A DNA stretch of 64,000 nt. It comes from Angustibacter luteus. Its GTDB lineage: Bacteria; Actinomycetota; Actinomycetes; Actinomycetales; Angustibacteraceae. This document shows, in pieces, positions 1 through 10,107 of this stretch (position 1 is the first letter of the stretch; each line of letters starts with the position of its first letter). The DNA lies in contig NZ_BAABFP010000002.1 in assembly GCF_039541115.1 (NCBI RefSeq), forward strand, positions 868,001-932,000, given 5' to 3'. The notes beneath the pieces were generated by a model that saw nothing but the letters and a program-made list of their open reading frames with translations, did not search any database and was not told where the DNA came from. The position numbers and the translations under genes were made by a program.

Positions 1-159
1 GACCAGGATCAGGACGACCAGCACCGGCTCGCCCCACGCGTAGAACACCGCGCTCGCCACGAGCAGGGGCGCAACCCGCCAGCGCGGCGGCGCGGCATAG
101 AAGAGCAGCATCGCAGCGGGCAGGAAGAGGAACAGGAAGATGGTGCTGGTGAAGACCAT
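1..159 (-). CDS. MBOAT family O-acyltransferase (AlgI/DltB-like), 5' part only; runs off the window edge
   Basis: Not in the ORF track. Manual translation from ATG at 159 gives MVFTSTIFLFLFLPAAMLLFYAAPPRWRVAPLLVASAVFYAWGEP, the typical AlgI-type MBOAT N-terminus (F.S..FLF.FLP ... AS..FYAWGEP). Confidence 0.85.
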   Translation of the reverse strand, partial: MVFTSTIFLFLFLPAAMLLFYAAPPRWRVAPLLVASAVFYAWGEPVLVVLILV

Positions 160-361
160 GAAGTGATTTCTTGTCGCGGCAGGCAGGCCTGGGGAGTATA
201 CCGGCGACACGTCGCTGCCCGGACCGCGAGCGCGCGCGGCACAGCGGCCGTCCACCCAGAAGAACCGCAGGTCAGAGTAGGTGTGAGCACCCGTGACGGA
301 CCGTGTCGGGACCGCGTCGGACCGCGTACCGCGAGCCCCCCGCCGCCGGTAGGTTGAGCCC

Positions 362-2722
362 ATGGGCCGCACTCCTGAGGAGCCGACGTCCGGGATCGAC
401 GCGGTGCTGCTGGCGCAGCCGCCCGCGTTCGCCGAGGACGCCGCCGCCGCGATGGCACGCCAGGCGTTCGGCATCGAGACGGCGGGTGCGCGGAACTTGG
501 GCAGCGAGCGGGACCAGACGTTCATGCTGCTCGACGCCGCGGGCGAGGGACTGGCCATCCTGAAGGTGTCCAACCCCGCCGAGGACCCGGCGACGCTGGA
601 CATGGAGGCGCTGGTCGCGTTCCACGCCGTCCGCGCCGACCCCGGCCTGGCGGTGGCTCAGCCGCGCCGCGTCCCGACGGCCGACCCGGCCGCGGACGCA
701 CCCGGGTACCGGGCTCGGTGGGAGCACGCCGGCGACACCCACTGGCTGCGCGCCTACGACCTGCTCCCCGGGCGCGCCCGCCTCGACCCGCTCACCCTGC
801 CGGACCCGGCCCTCATTGCCTGGGGTGAGACGACTGCTCGACTCGGGCTGGCCCTGCGCAGCTTCATCCACCCCAACGCGATCCGCACCCTGCCGTGGGA
901 CGTCCAGCACGCCGCCACGGTGCGCCCGATGCTGGGCTCGATCCGCGACGGGGCGACGCGCCGGACGGTCGAGGCGGTGCTGGACCGGTTCGAGGCCAGC
1001 GTCCTGCCGCGCTGGTCCGCGCTGCGGGCGCAGGTGATCCACAGCGACCTCACCGCTGACAACGTGCTGGCGGACGACGACGGCCTGATCACCGGGATCA
1101 TCGACTTCGGCGACCTGAGCCACAGCGCCCTGGTCGTCGACCTCGCGTCCGTGCTGGACTCGATGGCGATGGGCCGTCGCGGCGACGAGATGTTCCGGGT
1201 GGCTCGGCTCGTCCTGGACGGGTACGAGAGGGTCCTGCCGCTGGAACCCCTCGAGCGCGAGGTGATGGGTGAGCTCTGGGCGGCCCGGGCCGCGGTCGGT
1301 GTCGCGATCGGGTCGTGGCGGGCGTCCGAGGGCCTGGAGGAGCAGGTGTTCGCGGAGCGGCTCAACGAGACCGCGCTGGTCATGATGGACCACATGCTGA
1401 CCACCGGGTGGGAGCGCACGGCGCACGCCCTCGGCGCGTCAGGCACCAACGCCCGCAACGGTTCTGGCCTGTCCGGCCGGCGGGACGCGGTCTTCGGTCC
1501 GGCGATGGAGCCGTTGAGCTACGACGAGCCCATCGAGCTGACCTCCGCCCGCGGCGTGTGGATGGCCGCCACCGACGGCCGTCGCTACCTGGACACCTAC
1601 AACAACGTCGTCTGCGTCGGTCACAGCCACCCGCGGGTCACGTCGGCCGTGGCCCGGCAGTGGCGCGTGCTGAACACGAACATGCGCTACCTGCACCACG
1701 CCGCGATCGAGCTCGGCGAGCGCCTGGTGGCGACCTGCCCGCCCGAGCTGGACACGGTCCTGTTCATGAACTCCGGCTCCGAGGCGAACGACCTCGCCTG
1801 GCGGATCGCCAAGTACCACACCGGAAACACCGGCGGCCTGTGCACCGACTTCGCCTACCACGGCATCACCGAGGCGATGGCAGACCTGTCCCCCGAGGTG
1901 CTGCCCGCCGGGGTGTCCGCGGCGGGGCACGTCGAGACCTGGCTGCCGCCGGACGCCTACCGCGGGGCGCACGCCTCGACGGCCGGGTTCGCCGACGCCT
2001 TGGCGCGGCTGGCCGACCGCGGCGTCGCGCCGGCCGCGACGATCCTGGACGGCGTGCTGCAGAGCGACGGGGTGCTGGACCTCGAACCCGCCTACGTGCA
2101 GGAGCTGGTCCGGCTGACCCACGCGTCAGGTGGGCTGTGGATCGCCGACGAGGTGCAGGGCGGGCACGGGCGCACCGGCTCCGCGATGTGGTCGTTCGAG
2201 CGGTTCGCGATCGTGCCCGACTTCGTCACCCTCGGGAAGCCGATGGGCAACGGGCAGCCGGTGGGCGCCGTCATCCTGCGCCGCGAGCTCGCCGAGCGGT
2301 TCGCCCGCGACACGGTGTTCTTCTCCACCTTCGGCGGCAACCAGGTGTCGATGGCCGCCTCGCACGCGGTGCTCGACGTCCTCGCCGACGAGCGGGTGCT
2401 CCCCCGCGTCGAGGCCGCGGGCGACGCGTTGCGTCAGGCCGTGCGCGAGGCCACCGCCGGGCACGACCACGTCGGCGACGTCCGCGGCATGGGCCTGGCC
2501 AACGGGATCGAGATCGTCACCGACCGCGCCAGCCGCACTCCCGACCCCGCGGCGGCCGCGGCGGTCAAGAACGGCATGCGCGCCCGGGGCGTCCTGGTCG
2601 GCACCACCGGGCGCGCGGTGAACACCCTCAAGGTGCGGCCGCCGCTGGCGTTCACCGCGGACGACGTCCCGACGTTCGTCGCGGCCCTCACCGGCGCCCT
2701 GGACGACCTGCCGCGCAGCTAG
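362..2722 (+). CDS. Fusion of APH/choline-kinase-like phosphotransferase and class-III PLP aminotransferase (hydroxylysine kinase / phospho-lyase-like)
   Basis: N-half has HSDLTADNV and IIDFGD kinase motifs; C-half has NSGSEAND, YHG, ADEVQGG and TLGKPMGNG (PLP Lys). TAGGTT lies 6 nt before the ATG. Confidence 0.88.
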   Translation: MGRTPEEPTSGIDAVLLAQPPAFAEDAAAAMARQAFGIETAGARNLGSERDQTFMLLDAAGEGLAILKVSNPAEDPATLDMEALVAFHAVRADPGLAVAQPRRVPTADPAADAPGYRARWEHAGDTHWLRAYDLLPGRARLDPLTLPDPALIAWGETTARLGLALRSFIHPNAIRTLPWDVQHAATVRPMLGSIRDGATRRTVEAVLDRFEASVLPRWSALRAQVIHSDLTADNVLADDDGLITGIIDFGDLSHSALVVDLASVLDSMAMGRRGDEMFRVARLVLDGYERVLPLEPLEREVMGELWAARAAVGVAIGSWRASEGLEEQVFAERLNETALVMMDHMLTTGWERTAHALGASGTNARNGSGLSGRRDAVFGPAMEPLSYDEPIELTSARGVWMAATDGRRYLDTYNNVVCVGHSHPRVTSAVARQWRVLNTNMRYLHHAAIELGERLVATCPPELDTVLFMNSGSEANDLAWRIAKYHTGNTGGLCTDFAYHGITEAMADLSPEVLPAGVSAAGHVETWLPPDAYRGAHASTAGFADALARLADRGVAPAATILDGVLQSDGVLDLEPAYVQELVRLTHASGGLWIADEVQGGHGRTGSAMWSFERFAIVPDFVTLGKPMGNGQPVGAVILRRELAERFARDTVFFSTFGGNQVSMAASHAVLDVLADERVLPRVEAAGDALRQAVREATAGHDHVGDVRGMGLANGIEIVTDRASRTPDPAAAAAVKNGMRARGVLVGTTGRAVNTLKVRPPLAFTADDVPTFVAALTGALDDLPRS

Positions 2723-2734
2723 CGGCGGCGAGCG

Positions 2735-4318
2735 CTACTCCCACTCGATGGTGCCCGGCGGCTTGCTCGTGATGTCCAGGACGACCCGGTTGACCTCAGC
2801 GACCTCGTTGGTGATCCGGGTCGAGATCTTGGCCAGGACGTCGTAGGGAAGCCGGCTCCAGTCCGCGGTCATCGCGTCCTCGCTGGACACCGGGCGCAGC
2901 ACGATCGGGTGACCGTAGGTGCGCCCATCCCCTTGCACGCCAACGGATCGGACGTCGGCGAGCAGCACGACGGGGCACTGCCAGATGGCCGAGTCGAGCT
3001 CCGCGGCGGTGAGCTCCTCGCGGACGATCAGGTCCGCCGCCCGCAGGATCTCGAGCCGCTCCGCGGTCACCTCGCCGACGATCCGGATGCCCAGGCCGGG
3101 GCCGGGGAACGGCTGGCGAGCCACGATCGGCTCGGGGACGCCGATCTCGCGGCCGACGGCGCGCACCTCGTCCTTGAACAGGGTCCGCAACGGCTCGATC
3201 AGCGAGAACTGCAGGTCGTCCGGGAGCCCACCGACGTTGTGGTGGCTCTTGATGTTGGCCGCGCCCTCGCCGCCGCCGGACTCGACGACGTCCGGGTAGA
3301 GGGTGCCCTGCACCAGGAACTTGACCGGGTGACCGTCGGACTCCGCCTCACCGACCACCTCGCGGGCAGCCTGCTCGAACACCCGGATGAACTCGCGCCC
3401 GATCGCCTTGCGCTTCTCCTCCGGGTCGGTCAGCCCGGCGAGCGCGTCCAGGAACTGCTTGGTCGCGTCGACGACCTTGAGGTCGACGCCGGTGGCCTCG
3501 ACGAAGTCGCGCTCGACCTGCTCGGCCTCGCCGGCCCGCAGCAGGCCGTGGTCGACGAAGACGCAGGTCAGCTGGTCGCCGACGGCCTTCTGCACCAGGG
3601 CCGCGGCCACCGAGGAGTCCACCCCGCCGGACAGCCCGCAGATCACGTGAGCGTCGCCGATCTGCTCGCGAACCCGCTCGACGAGCTCCTCGGCGACGCC
3701 CTCCGTCGTCCAGGTCGGCTCCAGCCCGGCGCCGCGCACCAGGAAGTTCTCCATCACCCGCTGGCCGAAGGTGGAGTGCACGACCTCGGGGTGCCACTGA
3801 AGGCCGTAGAGCTTGCGCTCGTCGTCCTCGAACGCGGCGACCGGCGTCCCGACGGTCTCGCCGGTGACCCGGAATCCCTCGGGCGCGGCGTGCACGCTGT
3901 CACCGTGGCTCATCCACACGGACTGCTCGTCGACCTGCCCGTAGAAGAGCGTCGAGCCCTCCGGCTGCACCCGGGCCATCGTGCCGCCGTACTCGCGCTG
4001 GCCGGTGTGCGCGACCTCGCCGCCGAGCGCGAGCGCCATCGCCTGGAACCCGTAGCAGATGCCGAGCACGGGCACGCCCGCCTCGAACAGGGCCTTGTCC
4101 ACGCTCGGGGCCTCGTCGGCGTACACGCTGCTTGGGCCACCGGAGAGCACGATCGCCGCCGGCTCCTTGGCCAGCATCCGCTCGACGGGCATCGAGTGCG
4201 GGACGACCTCGCTGTACCGGCCGGCCTCGCGGACCCGGCGGGCGATCAGCTGGGCGTACTGCGCGCCGAAGTCGACGACCAGGACGGGGTGGGCCTCGAG
4301 GTCCGGGGTCTCAGTCAC
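2735..4318 (-). CDS. guaA: GMP synthase (glutamine-hydrolysing)
   Basis: [42 protein letters not shown]-terminal KPPGTIEWE. Start set at GTG 4318, overlapping the stop of the upstream gene. Confidence 0.98.
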   Translation of the reverse strand: MTETPDLEAHPVLVVDFGAQYAQLIARRVREAGRYSEVVPHSMPVERMLAKEPAAIVLSGGPSSVYADEAPSVDKALFEAGVPVLGICYGFQAMALALGGEVAHTGQREYGGTMARVQPEGSTLFYGQVDEQSVWMSHGDSVHAAPEGFRVTGETVGTPVAAFEDDERKLYGLQWHPEVVHSTFGQRVMENFLVRGAGLEPTWTTEGVAEELVERVREQIGDAHVICGLSGGVDSSVAAALVQKAVGDQLTCVFVDHGLLRAGEAEQVERDFVEATGVDLKVVDATKQFLDALAGLTDPEEKRKAIGREFIRVFEQAAREVVGEAESDGHPVKFLVQGTLYPDVVESGGGEGAANIKSHHNVGGLPDDLQFSLIEPLRTLFKDEVRAVGREIGVPEPIVARQPFPGPGLGIRIVGEVTAERLEILRAADLIVREELTAAELDSAIWQCPVVLLADVRSVGVQGDGRTYGHPIVLRPVSSEDAMTADWSRLPYDVLAKISTRITNEVAEVNRVVLDITSKPPGTIEWE

Positions 4319-4650
4319 CCGGCAAGCGTATCGGCGCCCGACCCCTCGACCTCGCGCGCCACCTTGCGCTCCATCACGAACGAGAAGAACGGGACGACGC
4401 CGGCCAGCATCACGCCGATCATCCTCGGCAGCGACCACTTCACCCGGAAGCCGAGGTCGGCGACCGTGATCACGTAGAGCAGGTAGAGGAATCCGTGGAT
4501 CTGGCTCCACCAGATCAGCGAGTCGTTGTCGAAGCCGTAGTGCAGCACGACCTCGGCGACCAGCAGCAGCAGGCCGATGCCGACGATGACGGCCATGATC
4601 TTGAACCGGGTCAGGGCGGACCGGACCTTGGGGCTGAGGGGGTCGCTCAC
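4315..4650 (-). CDS. DUF3817-like small membrane protein
   Basis: 111 aa, hydrophobic, IHGFLYLLY and [13 protein letters not shown] motifs; usual neighbour of guaA in actinobacteria. Confidence 0.8.
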   Translation of the reverse strand: MSDPLSPKVRSALTRFKIMAVIVGIGLLLLVAEVVLHYGFDNDSLIWWSQIHGFLYLLYVITVADLGFRVKWSLPRMIGVMLAGVVPFFSFVMERKVAREVEGSGADTLAG

Positions 4651-5408
4651 GCCCCGACCTTCTCACGCTGGTTCTCGGTGCGTTCGCGCTGGTCCTGGCG
4701 GACCATCTTCCACCAGAGCACGAGCGCGAAGCCGGCGAAGACCCACCACTGGACGGCGTACGCGGCGTTGCGCCAGGCGATGCCGTGCGGCTGCGGCTTG
4801 GGACGGGTGACCCGCTCCGGCTGGGCGCCGGCGCCCTCGGGCTGCTCCGCCGCGGCCACCAGGTACCCGTTGTAGATCGGTGAGCCCCACCGGTTGACCA
4901 GCTCGGCGGCGTCCAGCGCGGGCAGCTGCCCGGTCGGCAGGGCCGCCGCACCGTCGACCGGTGCATCATCTGGCTGAAGTGCACCCGTGACTTCCACCAC
5001 ACCGGACGGCGCGTTCGCGGGGTCGGCGGCCTCGTCGTCCGGGCTCGGCACCCACCCGCGGACGACGGGCAGCCAGGCCCCGGACGTCGTCCGCAGCGCC
5101 GCCACGACCCACCACCCGGACCGACCGTGCTGCAGCCGCTCGGTGACCAGCACCTGCTGGGCGGGGTCGTAGGTGCCGGTCGCCACGACGGCCCGGCCGT
5201 CCGCGGACGTCGGAAAGGGCTGCTGCGCAAGGAGGACGTCGTCCAGCGGGGCCGGTGGGAGCGCGGTCACCTCGCGGGCGGCCTGCCGGGCGCCCTTGTC
5301 GCGGGCCACCCCGAGCTGCCACGACCCCAGCCAGCCGAAGGCGACGCAGACCACCAGCACGAGGGCCAGCAGGGCCAGCCATCGAGGCTGCAGCGCGGTC
5401 CTCAGCAC
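4647..5408 (-). CDS. SURF1 family membrane protein
   Basis: LGSWQL near N-terminus, V.RGWVP, and [14 protein letters not shown] near C-terminus. Start GTG 5408 with TACGGT 6 nt upstream. Confidence 0.88.
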   Translation of the reverse strand: MLRTALQPRWLALLALVLVVCVAFGWLGSWQLGVARDKGARQAAREVTALPPAPLDDVLLAQQPFPTSADGRAVVATGTYDPAQQVLVTERLQHGRSGWWVVAALRTTSGAWLPVVRGWVPSPDDEAADPANAPSGVVEVTGALQPDDAPVDGAAALPTGQLPALDAAELVNRWGSPIYNGYLVAAAEQPEGAGAQPERVTRPKPQPHGIAWRNAAYAVQWWVFAGFALVLWWKMVRQDQRERTENQREKVGA

Positions 5409-5470
5409 GCCCTGACCGTACGCGAAAACGATTGGGGTCCTGTCGGGGGTACGACGTACCGTGGACACTC

Positions 5471-7189
5471 GTGCGCACCCTCCCCTACGCCGACCCCGGC
5501 ACCCCGAACATCGACGGCCCCTGGCGGCTGCTCGGCTGGATCGCGCGCGGGCAGAAGCTGACGCTCGCGATCGGGGTCCTGTGGGGCTGCGCGTGGATGT
5601 GCGCGCAGGCGCTCATCCCGGTCGCGGTGGGCCGCGGGATCAACGAGGGCGTGGTCGTCCACGACGGCAGCGCCCTGCTGCTGTGGTCCGGCGCCGTGCT
5701 GGGGCTCGCGTGCGTGCAGGCGCTGTCCGGCGTCCTGCGACACCGCGCCGCCGTGAGCAACTGGCTGCAGGCGAGCTTCCGGGTGGCGCAGCTGCTCGGC
5801 TACAAGGCCGCCGACACCGGCGAGGCGCTGCCGCGCACCGTGCCGACCGGCGAGGTCGTCGCCACGGTCACCAACGACGCCATGCGCCTGGGTGGGGCGT
5901 ACGACGTGAGCGCGCGCTTCGCCGGCGCGATCGCCAGCTACATCGTCGTCGCGATCATCCTGGTGCGGACGTCCGTCTCGCTGGGCCTGCTCGTCCTGCT
6001 CGGCGTCCCCGTGCTCACGGCCGTGCTCGGCCTGCTGATCAAGCCGCTGCAGAAGCGCCAGGCCGAGCAGCGCGAGGAGTCCGGCAAGCTCACCACGCTC
6101 GGTGCCGACACCGTCGCCGGGCTGCGGGTGCTGCGCGGCATCGGCGGCGAGCAGACGTTCGTCACCCGGTACCGGCACCGCTCGCAGATCGTCCGCGAGA
6201 CCGGCGTCCGGGTGGCTGGCGTGCAGGCCGTGCTCGACGCCGCCCAGATCCTGCTGCCCGGCATCTTCGTCGTGCTGGTCACCTGGCTCGGCGCCCGGCT
6301 CGTCGTCCAGGGCGAGATCGAGGTCGGCGACCTGGTGATGTTCTACGGGCTGTCCGCCTTCCTGGTCACCCCGCTGCGCACCGCGACCGAGATGGTCGAC
6401 CGGCTCACCCGCGCGCACATCGGGGCGCGCCGGGTCATCAACGTGCTCCGGGTCAGCCCGTACGTGCTCGACCGCACGCCGGGGCGACGCGTCGACCTGT
6501 CCGACACCGCCCCGCTGCACGACCCGACGTCCGGCGCCACGCTGCCCGCCGGCCGGCTCACCGCCGTGGTGTCCCGCCGGCCGGAGGAGTCCGCGGCCCT
6601 GGCCGACCGGCTCGGCCGGTTCAGCGAGGTGCCCGGCGCCCCCGTGCTGCTGGGCGACGAGCGGATCGACCTGATCCCGCTGCCCGAGATGCGCCACCAG
6701 GTCGTGGTCAGCGAGAGCGACCCGCGGCTGTTCACCGGCTCGCTTCGCGCCCAGCTCGTCGGCCCGCAGGGTGCCAGCGACGACGAGGTGGCCCGGGCGA
6801 TCGACACCGCCGCCGCGCACGACGTGCTCGACGCCCTGCCCGACGGCATCCACAGCGAGGTCGAGGAGCGCGGCCGCTCGTTCAGCGGCGGCCAGCGCCA
6901 ACGCCTCTCGCTCGCCCGCGCGCTGCTGACCGACGCACCCACGCTCGTGCTGGTCGAGCCGACCAGCGCCGTGGACGCGCACACCGAGGCGCGGATCGCC
7001 AGCCGCATGCGGGCGCACCGGTCCGGCCAGACCACCGTCGTGATGACGGCGAGCCCGCTGCTGCTCGACCACGCCGACCACGTGCTGTTCCTGGACGGCG
7101 GCGCGGTCGTCGCCGAGGGCACGCACCGCGAGCTGCTGGCCAGCACGCCGGCCTACCGGCACACCGTGATCCGAGGGGAGGACGAATGA
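5471..7189 (+). CDS. ABC exporter subunit (TMD+NBD) with degenerate Walker A
   Basis: N-terminal TM helices; FSGGQRQR signature; LVLVEPTSAVD Walker B variant; no GxxGxGKS. Start GTG 5471. Confidence 0.9.
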   Translation: MRTLPYADPGTPNIDGPWRLLGWIARGQKLTLAIGVLWGCAWMCAQALIPVAVGRGINEGVVVHDGSALLLWSGAVLGLACVQALSGVLRHRAAVSNWLQASFRVAQLLGYKAADTGEALPRTVPTGEVVATVTNDAMRLGGAYDVSARFAGAIASYIVVAIILVRTSVSLGLLVLLGVPVLTAVLGLLIKPLQKRQAEQREESGKLTTLGADTVAGLRVLRGIGGEQTFVTRYRHRSQIVRETGVRVAGVQAVLDAAQILLPGIFVVLVTWLGARLVVQGEIEVGDLVMFYGLSAFLVTPLRTATEMVDRLTRAHIGARRVINVLRVSPYVLDRTPGRRVDLSDTAPLHDPTSGATLPAGRLTAVVSRRPEESAALADRLGRFSEVPGAPVLLGDERIDLIPLPEMRHQVVVSESDPRLFTGSLRAQLVGPQGASDDEVARAIDTAAAHDVLDALPDGIHSEVEERGRSFSGGQRQRLSLARALLTDAPTLVLVEPTSAVDAHTEARIASRMRAHRSGQTTVVMTASPLLLDHADHVLFLDGGAVVAEGTHRELLASTPAYRHTVIRGEDE

Positions 7190-9012
7190 GCACCACGACG
7201 CCGACACCGACGCCGGGCTCGAACAAGCTCCCCGTCGCCGGACCGGACAGCGTGCGCCGCGAGGCCAAGGTGCTGGCCCGCGAGTACCGCCGTGGGCTGA
7301 GTGCCGTGCTCGGCCTGCACGGCCTCGCCGCGATCGCCGGGCTCGCCGGTCCGGCCCTGATCGGTCGCATGGTGGACGACGTCACCGCCGGCGCCGGGCT
7401 CAGCGAGGTCAACAAGCTGTCGGCCTTCCTGGCCGCCGCGATCGTCGTGCAGACCGTGCTCATGTACGCGGCACGGAAGCAGTCCTTCATCCTGGGCGAG
7501 ACCGTCTTCGCGCAGCTGCGCGAGCAGTTCATGGACCGGGTCGTCGCCCTGCCGCTGTCGACCGTCGAGCGGGCCGGCACCGGTGACCTGGTCACCCGCA
7601 CCACGCGGGACGTCGACGCGCTCTCCCACACCGTGCGGTTCGCCGTCCCGTCCGTGCTGGTCGCCATCGTCGCCACCGTGCTGACCACCATCGCGACGTT
7701 CGCGGCGGGCTGGAAGGTGGCCCTGCCGGTGCTCATCGCAGTGCCGATCCTGTGGACCGGCACGCGCTGGTACCTCAAGCGCGCACCGGCCGGCTACCTG
7801 CGCGAGGGCGCCACGTACGCCGTGCTCAACGGCACGGTCACCGAGACCGTCGACGGCGCCCGGACCGTCGAGGCACTGGGCCTGGGTGCCGAGCGACGGC
7901 GCACCGTGGACCGCGACCTCACCAGCTGCTACCAGGCGGAGCGGTACACCCTGTTCCTGCGCTCGGTGTGGTTCCCGAGCGTCGAGTTCGGCTACTTCCT
8001 GCCGGTCGCCGCCACCCTGCTGTGGGGCGGCTGGCTGGCCGGTGAGGGTCAGGCCACCGTCGGCCAGGTCACCGCGGTGACGCTCTACGTGCTGCAGCTG
8101 ATGGGTCCGGTCGACGAGCTGCTGTCCTGGCTCGACGAGATCCAGGTCGGCGCGGCGTCCTTCGCCCGGATCATCGGCATCGGCGACGTCCCGAACGACC
8201 GGACCGCCAGCGGCGCACAGCCCGACGGCAACGAGATCGCCGCCCACGACGTGCGCTACGCCTACCGCGAGGGCCACGACGTGCTGGACGGCATCTCGAT
8301 CGACCTCGCGCCCGGTGAGCGGCTGGCCGTGGTCGGGCCGTCCGGTGCGGGAAAGTCCACGCTGGGCCGCCTGCTGGCGGGCATCCACGGCCCGCGCACC
8401 GGCCGGGTTGAGGTCGGCGGCGTGCCGCTGGTCGATCTCGAGCTGGAGGACCTGCGCGGCCACGTCGCGCTCGTCACCCAGGAGCACCACGTCTTCGTCG
8501 GCTCGCTCGCCGACAACCTGCGGCTGGCCAAGCCGACGGCGTCGGACGACGAGCTCGCCCAGGCCCTGGCGGCCGTCGACGCGCTCGGGTGGGCCGAGCG
8601 GCTGCCGCAGGGGCTGGACACCGAGGTCGGGTCCGGTGGGCTCGAGCTGACCCCGCCGCAGGCGCAGCAGCTCGCGCTCGCCCGGCTGGTGCTCAACGAC
8701 CCGCACACCCTCGTGCTCGACGAGGCGACGTCCCTGCTCGACCCCCGGGCCGCCCGGCACCTCGAGCGCTCGCTGTCCGCCGTCCTGGACGGGCGGACCG
8801 TGGTCGCCATCGCGCACCGGCTGCACACCGCGCACGACGCGGACCGGGTGGCCGTCGTCGAGGACGGCAAGGTCAGCGAGATCGGCACCCACCACGAGCT
8901 GGTGGATGCCGGTGGCCCGTACGCCGCGCTCTGGGCTTCCTGGACGGACGCACCCACGGGGCCGGACGGGTCGTCCGAGAACTCGTCGACGGTTTCTTCG
9001 GAACAGCCGTAA
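7186..9012 (+). CDS. ABC exporter subunit (TMD+NBD), partner of the upstream gene
   Basis: ATGA overlap with previous stop; GPSGAGKST, LVLDEATS, IAHRL; degenerate signature LTPPQAQQ. Confidence 0.92.
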   Translation: MSTTTPTPTPGSNKLPVAGPDSVRREAKVLAREYRRGLSAVLGLHGLAAIAGLAGPALIGRMVDDVTAGAGLSEVNKLSAFLAAAIVVQTVLMYAARKQSFILGETVFAQLREQFMDRVVALPLSTVERAGTGDLVTRTTRDVDALSHTVRFAVPSVLVAIVATVLTTIATFAAGWKVALPVLIAVPILWTGTRWYLKRAPAGYLREGATYAVLNGTVTETVDGARTVEALGLGAERRRTVDRDLTSCYQAERYTLFLRSVWFPSVEFGYFLPVAATLLWGGWLAGEGQATVGQVTAVTLYVLQLMGPVDELLSWLDEIQVGAASFARIIGIGDVPNDRTASGAQPDGNEIAAHDVRYAYREGHDVLDGISIDLAPGERLAVVGPSGAGKSTLGRLLAGIHGPRTGRVEVGGVPLVDLELEDLRGHVALVTQEHHVFVGSLADNLRLAKPTASDDELAQALAAVDALGWAERLPQGLDTEVGSGGLELTPPQAQQLALARLVLNDPHTLVLDEATSLLDPRAARHLERSLSAVLDGRTVVAIAHRLHTAHDADRVAVVEDGKVSEIGTHHELVDAGGPYAALWASWTDAPTGPDGSSENSSTVSSEQP

Positions 9013-9035
9013 CCTCCCCCGCCCCGCGTCGTTGA
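9008..9035 (+). promoter_or_regulatory. Candidate BldN/SigD-type ECF sigma promoter (CGTAAC-N16-CGTTGA)
   Basis: CGTAAC at 9008-9013, 16-nt spacer, CGTTGA at 9030-9035; exact match to the Streptomyces sigma-BldN consensus as I recall it. Confidence 0.5.
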
Positions 9036-9042
9036 GCCGAGT

Positions 9043-9084
9043 GACGCGGGGCCGGCCGTCCACCCCCGGTGCCGGCCCCGCGTC
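9043..9084 (+). terminator. GC-rich hairpin after the ABC pair (terminator or 5' stem-loop)
   Basis: GACGCGGGGCCGGC (9043-9056) pairs perfectly with GCCGGCCCCGCGTC (9071-9084). Confidence 0.6.
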
Positions 9085-9180
9085 CTTCCCCCAGCCCTCG
9101 GGCACACCGGTTGTGCCGATCCGGTGGACGTGTCGCGTGTCGAGCCCGTCGGAGCAGGCGGCCTGGCAGAGTTCGCCGCT

Positions 9181-10083
9181 GTGACCAGCCGCCCCTCCCG
9201 CCGCGCGGTGCTGCTCGGCGGTGCCGCCGGTGCCGCGGCCGTCGCCGGCGCTGGCTTCGCCGGGGTCGAGACCGGCGTCCTGCCTGGCCGGACCACGGTG
9301 GACTCCTGGCTGGGACTCAGCAAGGTCGATCCCGACGTCCCGCGTGGACCGCGCGGACCCGTGCGCTACGAGCAGTACGAGTCCCGGGCCCGGGGCAAGC
9401 GGGTCACCTGGGCGCTGACGCTGCCCGACGACCGCCCTGTTCGTGGACTGCCCGTGGCGCTGGTCCTGCACGGGCGCGGCGGCAACGCGCACAGCGCCGA
9501 GAACGTCCTGCACGCCGACGCCTACCTGGCGGACCACGTCCGGCGTGGGGGTGCGCCGCTAGCCCTCGTCTCCGTGGACGGGGACGCCACGTACTGGCAC
9601 CCCCGGCTCAGCGGCGACGACTCACTGGCCATGATCCTCGACGAGGTGCTGCCGCGGGCCGGCCGGCTGGGCGCGGACGTCAGCCGGATCGGGCTCGTGG
9701 GCTACTCGATGGGCGGCTTCGGAGCGCTCATGCTGGCGCGCGAGGGCGAGGCCGGGCGACTCGGGGGCCTGCGGATCGCGGCGGCGGCGGCGTCCAGCCC
9801 GGCGCTCTTCGCCACGGCCGGCTCCTCGGCGCCGGGCGCGTTCGACGACCCGGCGGACTGGCGGCGCTGGGGTGACCTGGCCGCCCACCCGCAGGTCAGC
9901 AGCACCCCGCTGCACGTCGACTGCGGCGTCAGTGACCCGTTCGCCCAGCAGACCAAGCGCTACCGCGGCAACTGCCCGACCACGCCGGCGGGGGGCTTCA
10001 CCAAGGGCGCCCACACCGGCGGCTACTGGCGCTCCGTGCTGCCGGCCCAGCTCGACTTCCTGTCCGGCCACCTCACCGCCTGA
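9181..10083 (+). CDS. Tat-exported alpha/beta-hydrolase (esterase family)
   Basis: SRRAVLLGG twin-arginine signal; LHGRGG; GYSMGG nucleophile elbow; D.G..DPF and GAH catalytic motifs. Alternative start at 9124. Confidence 0.82.
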   Translation: MTSRPSRRAVLLGGAAGAAAVAGAGFAGVETGVLPGRTTVDSWLGLSKVDPDVPRGPRGPVRYEQYESRARGKRVTWALTLPDDRPVRGLPVALVLHGRGGNAHSAENVLHADAYLADHVRRGGAPLALVSVDGDATYWHPRLSGDDSLAMILDEVLPRAGRLGADVSRIGLVGYSMGGFGALMLAREGEAGRLGGLRIAAAAASSPALFATAGSSAPGAFDDPADWRRWGDLAAHPQVSSTPLHVDCGVSDPFAQQTKRYRGNCPTTPAGGFTKGAHTGGYWRSVLPAQLDFLSGHLTA

Positions 10084-10107
10084 CCCCAGGGTGGTCCAGC
10101 CGTCGGG

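Noticed and set aside
4319..5230. Long N-terminal extension of guaA in the ORF track (similarly alr to 48018, tsaE to 43125, ABC from 5461, coaA from 49747)
   Set aside because: The extensions overlap other real genes and carry no motifs; true starts are supported by family N-termini, stop/start overlaps and -10 spacing.
9097..9120. Second sigma28-like motif (CTCG-N14-GCCGAT) before the esterase
   Set aside because: Spacer is short and the sequence is better explained as a small hairpin.
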